DNA of 64,000 nucleotides, taken from contig CAZVCC010000004.1 in the NCBI GenBank assembly GCA_964626015.1, forward strand, positions 27,599-91,598, written 5' to 3'. The stretch is from an uncultured Ignavibacteriaceae bacterium. Its GTDB lineage: Bacteria; Bacteroidota; Ignavibacteria; Tepidaquicellales; Tepidaquicellaceae. Below, in pieces: positions 48,184 through 58,183 of this stretch. Both the position numbers and the translations under genes were made by a program. Numbering within the stretch: the stretch's first letter is position 1; each line of letters opens with the position of its first letter. The notes under the pieces are model-generated. The model saw nothing but the letters and a program-made list of their open reading frames with translations, made no database searches and was not told the DNA's origin.

Positions 48184-49506
48184 TTGTCCTCTAAAAAAGA
48201 ATTAATACTGCTGTTAATCTCAGATATTATATTTGTAAACCTTTCTTGGTCTATATATTACTACATCAGAATTGAAAGTGGATGGATTATTTTCACAAAC
48301 CCCCCGTCATTTTGGGCACCGATGTCTCTAGTCTTTGTGTATTGGTTCATTCTTTTCTATATTTCTGGTTTATATAGGCATTGGTTTGTTAGGTCGAGAT
48401 TTGATGAATTTACAACTCTTTTTCGTGCAATAAGTTTAGGTTGTCTTATTCTTTTCTTTGCGATTTTTCTTGATGATTATTATAAAGAAGCTCAGATAGT
48501 ATCAAGATTTTTGATACTTATGTATTGGGCTCTTCTTATTTTTTGGGTTTCCTTTGGTAGGATGATCATAAGAGGATTTCAGTTTAGGTTGCTTAAAAAA
48601 GGATTTGGTCTTAGAAATACTCTTATAATAGGTTCGGGCGAGAAAGCGAATGAAGTTAAAGATATTATTTATTCATATCCAAAACTTGGTTATAAATTTG
48701 TTGGCTTTATAAGTGTGAAAGATAAAACTGAAAGCGATGAAGAAATTGGAATTCTTTCTGATTTGAACAAGGTAATTAATGATAGAAGTATTGATGAAGT
48801 AATCATTGCTTCCGACCAAAAATATGAAGAACTTATTATTTCGACATTAAACATTTGTGCTGACCTCAATGTTAATGTTAAAATCGTACCGGGAGTTTAT
48901 GAAATTGTTAGTGGTATGGTCAAGTCAGAACAGGTTCATGGAATTCCGTTGGTCGAAGTCAAAACAGAACTAATGCCGTTTACTTCAGCTATTATTAAGC
49001 GTATCTTCGATTTTACTTTTTCTTTATTTATGCTTTTAATATTCATGCCTTTGCTAATATTAGTTTCAGTAATTAACTTTTTGCTTTATAAAAAGGTATT
49101 CTATGTTGAGGAAAAAGTAGGTAAAAAATCTAAAATATTTAAAAGTATTAAATTTTACACTGGCACTAATAGATTCGGACATTTATTGTCAAAGCTTTGG
49201 ATTAGCGAGCTCCCTCAGTTATTGAATGTAATTTCCGGAAGAATGAGTTTGGTCGGACCCGAACCTGAAAATTATGATATCATTCAAAAACTTTCGGGGG
49301 AAATTCCGTATTTCTCGAGACGTATGAAAGTAAAACCAGGTATTACTGGTTGGGCTCAGATCAAACAGAAATCATATTATACCTCTGATGATTACAACAA
49401 AAAGCTTCAGTACGATTTCTACTATCTTGAAAACATGAGCTTACTTCTAGATTTAAAGATAGTTCTTAACACAATAATTTTGATATTTAGTCTTAAAGGA
49501 AAATAA
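48184..49506 (+). CDS. Large (WbaP-type architecture) phosphoglycosyl-transferase homologue with an atypical catalytic motif
   Basis: N-terminal TM bundle, a central domain, then KRIFDFTFSLFMLLIF...ISELPQLLNVISGRMSLVGPEP...KPGITGWAQIK...YYLENMSLLLDLKI. Ser replaces the Asp of the usual DE dyad. TTG start. Confidence 0.75.
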   Translation: MSSKKELILLLISDIIFVNLSWSIYYYIRIESGWIIFTNPPSFWAPMSLVFVYWFILFYISGLYRHWFVRSRFDEFTTLFRAISLGCLILFFAIFLDDYYKEAQIVSRFLILMYWALLIFWVSFGRMIIRGFQFRLLKKGFGLRNTLIIGSGEKANEVKDIIYSYPKLGYKFVGFISVKDKTESDEEIGILSDLNKVINDRSIDEVIIASDQKYEELIISTLNICADLNVNVKIVPGVYEIVSGMVKSEQVHGIPLVEVKTELMPFTSAIIKRIFDFTFSLFMLLIFMPLLILVSVINFLLYKKVFYVEEKVGKKSKIFKSIKFYTGTNRFGHLLSKLWISELPQLLNVISGRMSLVGPEPENYDIIQKLSGEIPYFSRRMKVKPGITGWAQIKQKSYYTSDDYNKKLQYDFYYLENMSLLLDLKIVLNTIILIFSLKGK

Positions 49507-50229
49507 ATGAAACGAGTACTCGTAATAATTCCAACATACAACGAATCTGAAAATATTCTTAAGATCATTCCTGAAGTGTTAAATAAATCAACATCTGAAT
49601 ACGAATTTAATGTTCTTGTTGTTGATGATAATTCACCTGATGGAACAGCCAAAATGGTCGAAGATTTAAATGATAAAAACGTATTCGTCATCAAAAGAGA
49701 TAAGAAGATGGGACTTGGTACAGCTTATATTGCAGGTTTTAAATTTTCTATTCAAAATAAATTTGATTATGTGTATGAAATGGATGCCGATTTCTCTCAT
49801 GACCCTAAATACCTTCCTGAATTTTTGGCAAAAATGGAAGAAGGGTATGACCTTGTTGTAGGTTCAAGGTATATCAATGGTGTTTCAGTTGTGAACTGGC
49901 CTATTCGGAGATTGTTTCTCAGCTATTTTGCTAATATTTATACTAGAGTTATTACAGGTCTTAAAGTGCACGATACAACAGCTGGATTTGCTTGCTATGA
50001 CGTATCAAAACTATCTCAAATAGATTTGGATAATGTTAAATCAAATGGTTATTCTTTCCAAATAGAAATGAAGTTTAAGTATTACAAAAAGAATTTTAAA
50101 ATCGCTGAAATACCTATTCTTTTTATAGATCGCAGAGCAGGTCATTCAAAAATGTCTAATAAGGTAGTTCATGAAGCTTTTTTTATCGTCTGGAAACTTA
50201 AAATTAAATCTCTTTTTGGAAAACTCTGA
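49507..50229 (+). CDS. Polyprenol-phosphate mannose synthase-like GT2 (Dpm1-like)
   Basis: VIIPTYNESENI, VVDDNSPDGT and DADFSHDP. The protein is short (about 240 aa) and soluble. Confidence 0.8.
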   Translation: MKRVLVIIPTYNESENILKIIPEVLNKSTSEYEFNVLVVDDNSPDGTAKMVEDLNDKNVFVIKRDKKMGLGTAYIAGFKFSIQNKFDYVYEMDADFSHDPKYLPEFLAKMEEGYDLVVGSRYINGVSVVNWPIRRLFLSYFANIYTRVITGLKVHDTTAGFACYDVSKLSQIDLDNVKSNGYSFQIEMKFKYYKKNFKIAEIPILFIDRRAGHSKMSNKVVHEAFFIVWKLKIKSLFGKL

Positions 50230-52169
50230 AAAGCCCAATTGACATATCGGTTGTAATTGTTAATTATAATGTAAAGGAATTAGTAGATAACTGTATTGCT
50301 TCAATCTATAAATCTTCAGAGAATTATAACATCCAAATATTCTTTATTGATAATCATTCTGTTGATAATAGTTTCGAGTACATTACATCTAAATATCCAG
50401 ATGTTATAGGTATTTATAATAATAAGAATATTGGCTTCTCAAAAGCTAATAACATTGCCTTAAGAAAAGCTGAGGGAAATTACATTCTTGTTTTAAATCC
50501 TGATACTATTCTTGAAGAAGGAACATTTGAAAAACTAATAGACTTTTATGAGACAAATCCCGGTGTTGGGGCTGTATCTTCAAAACTTATTCTCAGAAAT
50601 GGAAAGCTCGATAGTGCTTGTCGAAGAAGTTTTCCGACCTTATCTGCAGCATTGCCGAGAATGCTCGGTCTTTCAAAAATATTCCCAAAATCAAAACTTT
50701 TTAGCAAATATAACCTAACATATCTTGATGAAAACAAAATTACCGAGGTTGATGCTATATGCGGTGCGTTCATGTTTATGAAAAGAGATGTGCTCGATAA
50801 AGTTGGATATTTTGACGAAGATTATTTTATGTATGGCGAGGATATTGATTTATGTTACAGAATTAAAAAAGCCGGCTATAAAATTTATTATTTTCCAAAA
50901 GTTACAACTATTCATTTGAAGGGTGAAAGTACCAGTAAAACAAAGTTTTCTTATGTTAGTAATTTTTATGGCGCAATGTCTATTTTTGTTAATAAAAATC
51001 TTAATACAAGTTCGAGAATTCTCTCATATTTATTAAAGTCTGGTATTTTTCTCAGATCTTTAGTGTCGTACACAAAAAGAAGTCTTAAGATTGTTTATCC
51101 CGTACTTATTGATGCTGCCTTATTTTTTATTTCATTCCTTCTTTCGGTTTATTTTAGGTTTCATATATTTCCGAATAAATCTTACATCTTTATTATTTCC
51201 GTTTATATTCTTGTTTGGATCGTTATAATGTGGCTTTTCGGAATATATCTTAGAAAAAATCGGTTGACACTTTTAAAAACATTTAACGCTATTTTTGTAG
51301 GTTTTTTCGTAAATTCTTCGATTACTTATTTTCTCAAAGAGTACGCATATTCAAGAGAAGTTATTCTTGCTTCTACTTTATGGGCACTTTTCTTTTTATT
51401 ATCTTGGAGAACCGTTCTGAAATTAAAAAACTTCTTTGTTGAAAAGAATATTTTGCTTAATAAAATCAATTTGTTGGTTGTAAGTAAAAATAAGTTAAAA
51501 GATACTATTGAAGAAAAGTTTAATTCAAGGCATAATATAATTTACTACGATCTGGAAAGCAAGGAACCGGACTTCGAAGATTTAAAAGAAACTATTATTA
51601 TAAAAAATATAAACGAAGTCGTTTTCTCGGGTGAAAATGTCGAGTCTAGAGAAATTTTTAGGTTGATGTGGACTTTCAAAGATAAAAATGTAAAATTCAA
51701 AATTGTACCATCCGATAATGAGCTTATCCTGTCCAAAATCAGAGGCGATCTAGACAATGTAGCATTCTTTGAAATTGAATATAATATTAACAATAAATTG
51801 AATATATTTTCAAAGAGGCTGTTTGACATTATTTTATCTCTTTTACTCTTAATATTTGTTTACCCGTTTATATTTATTTATTCAAGAATAAAAGAGGAAA
51901 ATGACTCTCTGGTAATTAACAAACTGCTGTTAGTACCCTATGTTCTTTCGGGGAAATACAGCTTTGTTGGTGTTCCGATTTGGTACGATGATTATGATTT
52001 TTACTTTCTTGGTAAAAAGGGTTTGACCGGTATGATTCAGCTTTACGGTAAAGAAATTCGTAATAAAGAAGATGAGAATAAATATCTAATCTTCTACGCT
52101 AAGAACCAATCATTGCAATTTGATATTGAAATTTTACTAAAAACTTTTATAACAATTATTAAAAAATAA
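50226..52169 (+). CDS. Fusion protein: GT2 domain, TM bundle and a degenerate phosphoglycosyl-transferase-like C-terminus. No canonical start codon.
   Basis: The frame is open from 50208. Residues SPIDISVVIVNYN...FIDNHSVDNS...GFSKANN...LNPDT (GT2 N-half) lie upstream of the first TTG/ATG at 50652. A CTG at 50226 overlaps the upstream TGA stop. The C-terminus is KRLFDIILSLLLLIF...SFVGVP...GLTGMIQL...NQSLQFDIEILLKT. Confidence 0.7.
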   Translation: MKSPIDISVVIVNYNVKELVDNCIASIYKSSENYNIQIFFIDNHSVDNSFEYITSKYPDVIGIYNNKNIGFSKANNIALRKAEGNYILVLNPDTILEEGTFEKLIDFYETNPGVGAVSSKLILRNGKLDSACRRSFPTLSAALPRMLGLSKIFPKSKLFSKYNLTYLDENKITEVDAICGAFMFMKRDVLDKVGYFDEDYFMYGEDIDLCYRIKKAGYKIYYFPKVTTIHLKGESTSKTKFSYVSNFYGAMSIFVNKNLNTSSRILSYLLKSGIFLRSLVSYTKRSLKIVYPVLIDAALFFISFLLSVYFRFHIFPNKSYIFIISVYILVWIVIMWLFGIYLRKNRLTLLKTFNAIFVGFFVNSSITYFLKEYAYSREVILASTLWALFFLLSWRTVLKLKNFFVEKNILLNKINLLVVSKNKLKDTIEEKFNSRHNIIYYDLESKEPDFEDLKETIIIKNINEVVFSGENVESREIFRLMWTFKDKNVKFKIVPSDNELILSKIRGDLDNVAFFEIEYNINNKLNIFSKRLFDIILSLLLLIFVYPFIFIYSRIKEENDSLVINKLLLVPYVLSGKYSFVGVPIWYDDYDFYFLGKKGLTGMIQLYGKEIRNKEDENKYLIFYAKNQSLQFDIEILLKTFITIIKK

Positions 52170-52172
52170 ATT

Positions 52173-53114
52173 ATGGTACTGGAATTTGAAAAGCCAATAT
52201 TAGAACTTGAGCAGAAAATTGAAGAGATGAGAAAAATGGCTGATAGTCTTGATATTAGCGACGAAATTAATCGTCTCGAAAGCAAAGTCAATGAGCTGAG
52301 AAAAAACGTGTTCGATAATCTTACTCCTTGGCAGATTGTCCAGCTTGCTAGACATCCGAACAGACCTTATACTCTAGATTATATTTACCTTATGACCGAT
52401 AACTTTGTTGAGTTTCATGGCGACAGAAACTATAAAGATGATAAAGCCGTTGTTGGTGGATTTGCATCTATTGGTGATCAGACAGTTATGATTATTGGTC
52501 AGCAAAAAGGTAGAGATACTAAGTCAAACCTATACAGAAACTTCGGCATGATGAATCCGGAAGGCTATAGAAAAGCTATGCGTTTAATGAAGCTTGCAGA
52601 GAAGTTTGATAAACCGGTTATAACTTTATTAGATACTCCCGGTGCTTTCCCGGGAATTGAAGCTGAAGAGCGTGGTCAGGCTGAAGCAATCGCAAGAAAC
52701 CTTATTGAAATGTCTAGACTCAAAGTTCCGATGATTGTCGTTATTATTGGTGAAGGCGCTTCAGGCGGTGCTCTTGGAATTGGTATCGGTGATAGAATCC
52801 TTATGCTGAAGTACTGCTGGTATTCTGTTATCTCTCCCGAATCATGTTCCTCTATTCTTTGGAGAAGCTGGGATTTTAAGGAACAGGCTGCAGAAGCTTT
52901 AAAGCTTACTGCGGGCGATTTGCTGAAACTCGGTATTATTGACAGAATAATCGATGAACCAAGTGGTGGTGCTCACAGAAATCATCAGGAAGCAGCTAAC
53001 ATCCTGAAAGCAGCTTTAATTGAAGAACTCGGTGAAGTAAAGAAAATTAAAAAAGAAAAACTACTCGATAATAGAATTAAAAAGTTTGAGAAAATGGGTT
53101 TCTGGAAAGAATAA
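52173..53114 (+). CDS. accA: Acetyl-CoA carboxylase carboxyltransferase alpha subunit
   Basis: [18 protein letters not shown], and [26 protein letters not shown]. Confidence 0.95.
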   Translation: MVLEFEKPILELEQKIEEMRKMADSLDISDEINRLESKVNELRKNVFDNLTPWQIVQLARHPNRPYTLDYIYLMTDNFVEFHGDRNYKDDKAVVGGFASIGDQTVMIIGQQKGRDTKSNLYRNFGMMNPEGYRKAMRLMKLAEKFDKPVITLLDTPGAFPGIEAEERGQAEAIARNLIEMSRLKVPMIVVIIGEGASGGALGIGIGDRILMLKYCWYSVISPESCSSILWRSWDFKEQAAEALKLTAGDLLKLGIIDRIIDEPSGGAHRNHQEAANILKAALIEELGEVKKIKKEKLLDNRIKKFEKMGFWKE

Positions 53115-53117
53115 ACA

Positions 53118-54434
53118 ATGGTATCGCATTCCGATAATTCTAAGTTTATAATCAAAGGTGCTAAACCTTTGCATGGCTCTGTTAAAGTGTCAGGTGCTAA
53201 GAATTCAGCCACAAAACTAATGGTTGCTTCTATGCTGTCTGATGAAAAATCATTCTTTAATAATTCTCCTAACGGAATCAGCGAACTTGGAGTTACTATC
53301 GACCTTTGTAAAATTCTCGGAAGTGATATTAAACAAACGGATGATAAACTTGAAATTCAAACACCAAATATTAATACCTCTGAAATTCCTTCTGATTACG
53401 GCAATGTAAACAGAGTATCTATTCTTACTGCGGGTGTATTACTTCATAGAAATGGTGAAGCCAAAATTCCTATACCTGGAGGATGTAAAATTGGTTCCCG
53501 CCCTGTAAATTTTCATATCGAAGGACTTAAAAAACTCGGATGCGCTGTTGAAATGTCTGACTATTTTTATCACCTAAAAGCAGATAATCTACGAGGTAAT
53601 AATATTCATCTCGAGTATCCAAGTGTAGGCGCTACTGAAAATATTCTTATGGCTGCAACACTCGCTAAAGGCAGAACAATAATATTTAACGCAGCAATAG
53701 AACCGGAAATTTATGATTTAATTAAGTACCTTCAAAAGATGGGTGCTATTATTGAAATAAGTACCGACAGAAAAATAACTATAGAAGGTGTTGATAAACT
53801 ATATGGTGCTAAACACAGCGTTATCCCTGATAGAAATCAGGCAGCTTCGTTTGCCGTTGCAGGCCTCGTTACAAAAGGTGATGTTTTTGTCGAAAATGCC
53901 GTTCAGGATGATTTGATTACCTTTCTTAATACTATCCGCCGTGTCGGGGGTGAGTTTGAAATCAAAGATAACGGTATTAGATTCTTCTATAATGGTGACT
54001 TTAATCCAATAGCAGTTGAGACTAACGTTCATCCCGGTTTTATGACAGACTGGCAGCAGCCCCTTGTAATTCTTTTAACTCAAGCCAATGGAATTTCCAT
54101 AGTGCATGAAACTGTCTATGAAAAACGATTCGGTTATGTTACGGAACTCAAAAAGATGGGTGCTGAAATTGAATTGTATAATACTTGTCTCGGTGGTTTG
54201 GTTTGCAGGTTTGCGAATCAGGAATACTATCATAGCGCTGTCATTAAAGGACCTGTTTCATTGAAAGGTGCTGAAATTGTTGTTCCGGATTTGCGTGCAG
54301 GTATGTCATATCTTATCGCTGGTCTAATTGCCGAAGGTGAAACAGTGATAAATGGTATTAGATTCATCGATAGAGGTTACGAAAACATTGATTGCAAATT
54401 AAAGGATTTGGGCGCAGATATTAAACGCGTTTAA
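53118..54434 (+). CDS. murA: UDP-N-acetylglucosamine 1-carboxyvinyltransferase
   Basis: [12 protein letters not shown], the [17 protein letters not shown] active-site Cys loop and [15 protein letters not shown]. Confidence 0.95.
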   Translation: MVSHSDNSKFIIKGAKPLHGSVKVSGAKNSATKLMVASMLSDEKSFFNNSPNGISELGVTIDLCKILGSDIKQTDDKLEIQTPNINTSEIPSDYGNVNRVSILTAGVLLHRNGEAKIPIPGGCKIGSRPVNFHIEGLKKLGCAVEMSDYFYHLKADNLRGNNIHLEYPSVGATENILMAATLAKGRTIIFNAAIEPEIYDLIKYLQKMGAIIEISTDRKITIEGVDKLYGAKHSVIPDRNQAASFAVAGLVTKGDVFVENAVQDDLITFLNTIRRVGGEFEIKDNGIRFFYNGDFNPIAVETNVHPGFMTDWQQPLVILLTQANGISIVHETVYEKRFGYVTELKKMGAEIELYNTCLGGLVCRFANQEYYHSAVIKGPVSLKGAEIVVPDLRAGMSYLIAGLIAEGETVINGIRFIDRGYENIDCKLKDLGADIKRV

Positions 54435-54450
54435 CTTAAATAATTTTCTT

Positions 54451-55998
54451 ATGACTAATAAAGATAAGATTAACGAATTAAAAGCAAAAAGGCAGGAGGC
54501 AATGCTTGGAGGAGGTCAGAAAAGTATAGACGCCCAGCATAAAAGAGGTAAGCTCACTGCTCGTGAAAGAATCCATCTCCTTCTGGATCAGGGTACATTC
54601 GAAGAGATGGACGTTTTCGTCCGCCATCAGAGCCGCGATTTTGGCTTGGAAAATACTCGTTATTATACAGACGGTGTTATAACAGGCGTTGGTAAAATTC
54701 ACGGACGCAACGTTGCTGTCTTCTCTCAGGATTTTACAATCCTTGGCGGTTCGCTTGCCGAATATTACGCTAAAAAGATTGTAAAAATTATGGACCTCGC
54801 TATGAAAGTAGGAATGCCTGTAATCGGTATTAACGATAGTGGTGGTGCACGTATTCAGGAGGGAGTCCTTTCACTCGCAGGTTACGCGGATATTTTTCTG
54901 CGCAATACTCTATCAAGCGGTGTCGTTCCTCAAATCTCAGCAATAGTCGGACCTTGTGCAGGTGGTGCTGTTTATTCTCCAGCCATTACGGATTTCATTT
55001 TCATGGTCGATAAAATTTCTCACATGTTTATCACTGGTCCTAATGTCATAAAAGCTGTCACTAATGAAGACGTTACTTTCGATGAACTTGGCGGAGCCAA
55101 TACCCACGCTATAAAAAGCGGTGTCAGTCATTTTACCTGTGAAAATGAAATTGATTGCTTCGAAAGAATCAGAAAACTTATGTCCTACCTGCCATCAAAC
55201 AACATGGAACTTCCGCCTCACATGGATTTCGATGAAGCCGAATACGATTTAAGCGACCTGAATGAATTTGTTCCTGACAATCCGAATAAACCATACGACA
55301 TGAAAGATATTATCAATAGAGTAATTGATAAGGATTCTTTCTTTGAAGTGCATAAAGATTATGCCGAGAATATCATCTGCGGCTTCGGTAGAGTAAGCGG
55401 TCGTTCGGTAGGTATTGTTGCGAATCAGCCTCTTGTACTCGCAGGAGTTCTTTGCCTGAATTCTTCTATCAAAGGTGCGCGTTTCGTTCGCTTCTGTGAT
55501 GCGTTCAATATTCCTTTGCTTGTGTTTGAAGACGTTCCCGGATTCCTACCCGGTACTGATCAGGAATGGCGCGGTGTTATCAGGCATGGTGCAAAACTTC
55601 TTTATTCATTCTGCGAAGCAACCGTTCCGAAAATTACAGTAATTATTCGCAAAGCTTATGGTGGTGCTTATGACGTCATGAACTCAAAGCACGTTAGAGG
55701 TGATGTTAACCTTGCATGGCCCTCTGCCGAGATTGCCGTTATGGGTGCAAAAGGTGCTGCGGAAATTATTTTCAGAAAAGAACTTCTTGCCGCCGAGGAT
55801 AAGCAGAAACTTCTCGATGAAAAGATCAATGAGTTCAACACTAAATTCTGTAATCCGTACATCGCAGCCGAAAGGGGATTCATCGACGATATCATCGAAC
55901 CAAAAGATACCCGCAAAAAACTTATCACGTATTTCGAGCTAATCGAAAACAAAGTAGATTTCAATCCGCGCCGAAAGCACGGTAACATTCCATTATAA
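54451..55998 (+). CDS. Acyl-CoA carboxyltransferase (propionyl-CoA carboxylase beta / methylmalonyl-CoA carboxyltransferase 12S type)
   Basis: [31 protein letters not shown] and [11 protein letters not shown]. Confidence 0.92.
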   Translation: MTNKDKINELKAKRQEAMLGGGQKSIDAQHKRGKLTARERIHLLLDQGTFEEMDVFVRHQSRDFGLENTRYYTDGVITGVGKIHGRNVAVFSQDFTILGGSLAEYYAKKIVKIMDLAMKVGMPVIGINDSGGARIQEGVLSLAGYADIFLRNTLSSGVVPQISAIVGPCAGGAVYSPAITDFIFMVDKISHMFITGPNVIKAVTNEDVTFDELGGANTHAIKSGVSHFTCENEIDCFERIRKLMSYLPSNNMELPPHMDFDEAEYDLSDLNEFVPDNPNKPYDMKDIINRVIDKDSFFEVHKDYAENIICGFGRVSGRSVGIVANQPLVLAGVLCLNSSIKGARFVRFCDAFNIPLLVFEDVPGFLPGTDQEWRGVIRHGAKLLYSFCEATVPKITVIIRKAYGGAYDVMNSKHVRGDVNLAWPSAEIAVMGAKGAAEIIFRKELLAAEDKQKLLDEKINEFNTKFCNPYIAAERGFIDDIIEPKDTRKKLITYFELIENKVDFNPRRKHGNIPL

Positions 55999-56005
55999 AT
56001 TTAAA

Positions 56006-56041
56006 ACGTGAGTTCGCCTCGGCGGACTCACGTTTTTTTTT
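56006..56041 (+). terminator. Rho-independent terminator
   Basis: acgtgagt tcgcctcggcgg actcacgt followed by a run of 9 T. Confidence 0.9.
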
Positions 56042-56155
56042 AACGTAATTCCCCCTTATAAACTATACACCAGCCTTTTGTAGTTGGTATCTTATTATCA
56101 AACTTACAGCAGAGTTCCTCTACATGATTATCAAGATTTCATCAATATGCTTTAG

Positions 56156-56199
56156 AAAGTGCGCTCAAAGTGCGCATAAAGTGCGCATAAAGTGCGCAT
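56156..56199. repeat. Four 11-bp tandem units (AAAGTGCGCAT) upstream of the atp operon
   Basis: aaagtgcgctc, aaagtgcgcat, aaagtgcgcat, aaagtgcgcat. Units 2-4 contain the TGCGCA palindrome. The array lies about 105 nt upstream of the first atp-operon ATG. Confidence 0.9.
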
Positions 56200-56304
56200 A
56201 TTTAGTGTGTAATTTGTATTTGAGTACGAAGAAACAAAAATGAAACAGACTTAATACACTTTGAATTGAATGTCCATTTGTATTTTGGTAATTTGTACTT
56301 ATCA

Positions 56305-56607
56305 ATGGAAAAACAACAACCGCATAAGAGCAAATACGAAACAGTCAAGAACTTTTTGTTCAAACCAATGATTAAATCCGATTCGAATTTCTTCAAGTAT
56401 TCGGGTTTGGGTGTTCAGCTTTCTGTTACAATAATTGTCTTCCTTTTTGTAGGACTCTGGCTCGATAAATACTTTGAGACGAAATTCGTATTCACTCTTG
56501 TGTTTGTTTTTATGGGATTTGTTGGTGTTTTTTACAAGATTGTTGCTGTTCTTAATGAACTCGACGCAGAAAAGAAACAAAAGAATAATGATGGAAACAA
56601 AGAATAA
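56305..56607 (+). CDS. AtpZ/AtpR-type small membrane protein of F-ATPase operons
   Basis: YSGLGVQLSVTIIVFLFVGLWLDKYF, then a second TM helix. ATG 56305 is preferred over the listed TTG 56266. Confidence 0.7.
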   Translation: MEKQQPHKSKYETVKNFLFKPMIKSDSNFFKYSGLGVQLSVTIIVFLFVGLWLDKYFETKFVFTLVFVFMGFVGVFYKIVAVLNELDAEKKQKNNDGNKE

Positions 56608-56992
56608 TCATTTCAGAAACTATACAATTTTTGTACTGCTTATCTCAATTATATCCGTCTTTGGAGCTTATTTCTTGCAGATTTCAGGCGGAAACATCGA
56701 ATTCAAATCAGTTCTTGCCGCTGCAGTTATAAACGTATTAAATTCTGTTATCGGTTTTAGAATTATTCTACACTCAATCGAAAGCAAGAATTCAAAACAA
56801 TTTATGATTACTAGTCTAGGAAGCATGACAGTAAGATTATTTGTTGTACTTATTATGATATTATTAGGGTTATTGTTATTTAATTTTAATAAAAAATCAT
56901 TTATATTTGCACTGTTTTGTTACTATTTTACTTTTCTGATTTTAGAAACAATTATATTAATAAAAAGAATTAACGCAAGAAAGAGAGTTTAA
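56588..56992 (+). CDS. ATP synthase protein I-like hydrophobic protein
   Basis: Four hydrophobic segments, positioned just upstream of atpB. ATG 56588 is preferred, since the listed start at 56474 is buried in the upstream gene. Confidence 0.55.
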   Translation: MMETKNNHFRNYTIFVLLISIISVFGAYFLQISGGNIEFKSVLAAAVINVLNSVIGFRIILHSIESKNSKQFMITSLGSMTVRLFVVLIMILLGLLLFNFNKKSFIFALFCYYFTFLILETIILIKRINARKRV

Positions 56993-56994
56993 AT

Positions 56995-57888
56995 ATTAAA
57001 AAGGTTTTACAAATTGGTCTATTCCTTGCTGTTTTCGCTGTTTTTGGGTCAAGCTATCTTTTAGCAAGTGACCCTTCTCACGATAAAGATGACGAGGGTA
57101 AACTCGATATAGTTGAGAAAGTAGTTGACCACGATTATGTGGATTTCTATTTCCTTGGCAAACTGAAACTCCCGCAGTTTCCGCCGGTAAATATTGGAAG
57201 TATAACACTTGATTTCTCAATTACCAAAACCCTTTTTATGATGTTTCTCTCATCAACCATTTTATTCCTAGTCCTTAAACGTGCTGCTTCAATAAACTCA
57301 AAAAACAAAGCTCCCAAAGGCATCGGTAATTTTGTTGAAGTAATAGTTACTTTTTTGCGCGATGAGGTAGTCTTACCGAACATGGGAAAAGATGGTCTTA
57401 AAATGCTTCCTTTCTTCCTTACTTTATTCTTCTTTATTCTTTTTGCTAACCTTATCGGTTTGATTCCATTCATGGCTCAACCTACGAAAAATATTAGCGT
57501 TACTACAGGACTTGCACTCGTTACTTTCGGTATGATACAGATTAATGGAATGAAGAAGAACGGCGTATTCGGATACCTCAAAGGACTTGTGCCGCATGGC
57601 ATTCCAGCTTTTGTACTGCCTATTATGATTGTAGTTGAGTTTATAGGTTTGTTCACGAAACCATTTGCACTCTTGATGAGGTTGTTTGCTAATATTGTTG
57701 CAGGTTCTATTATTATACTTTCGCTCATAGGTTTAATTTTTATAATGAACTGGGCAGGTGCCGCTATTGCAGTGCCTTTCACACTGTTCATATATTTTTT
57801 AGAATTGTTTGTGGCTTTGTTGCAAGCATACATATTTACGATGCTTTCTGTCATATTTATAAATATGGCAATGCATCAGGAACATTAA
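56995..57888 (+). CDS. atpB: ATP synthase F0 subunit a. Probable non-canonical (ATT) start.
   Basis: LMRLFANIVAGS (conserved Arg) and the C-terminal helices. The frame is open from 56974 and encodes a signal-like helix, KKVLQIGLFLAVFAVFGSSYLLAS, upstream of the first canonical start (GTG 57139). Confidence 0.85.
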   Translation: MKKVLQIGLFLAVFAVFGSSYLLASDPSHDKDDEGKLDIVEKVVDHDYVDFYFLGKLKLPQFPPVNIGSITLDFSITKTLFMMFLSSTILFLVLKRAASINSKNKAPKGIGNFVEVIVTFLRDEVVLPNMGKDGLKMLPFFLTLFFFILFANLIGLIPFMAQPTKNISVTTGLALVTFGMIQINGMKKNGVFGYLKGLVPHGIPAFVLPIMIVVEFIGLFTKPFALLMRLFANIVAGSIIILSLIGLIFIMNWAGAAIAVPFTLFIYFLELFVALLQAYIFTMLSVIFINMAMHQEH

Positions 57889-57931
57889 TAAATTTTATAT
57901 AAACTAAAATAATTTAAAGGAGTAAATTTTT

Positions 57932-58153
57932 ATGGAATACGCATTTCTTGCAGCAGGTATCGGAGCCGGTTTAGTCGTAATCGGTGCAGCTCTTGGTATT
58001 GGAAAAATTGCAAGTGCCGCAATGGATGCCAGCGGCAGAAACCCGGAGGCACTCGGTGATATCAGAACTTCCATGATCATTGCTGCTGCACTTATCGAAG
58101 GTGTGGCACTTTTTGGTCTTGTTATCTGTATTCTATTGGCAATTAAGAGCTAA
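57932..58153 (+). CDS. atpE: ATP synthase F0 subunit c
   Basis: GAALGIGKIASAA, and the GRNPE loop followed by AAALIEGVALFGLV with the carboxylate Glu. Confidence 0.95.
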   Translation: MEYAFLAAGIGAGLVVIGAALGIGKIASAAMDASGRNPEALGDIRTSMIIAAALIEGVALFGLVICILLAIKS

Positions 58154-58183
58154 TCTCTCTTATCTTAAATACTAAACTTTAAA

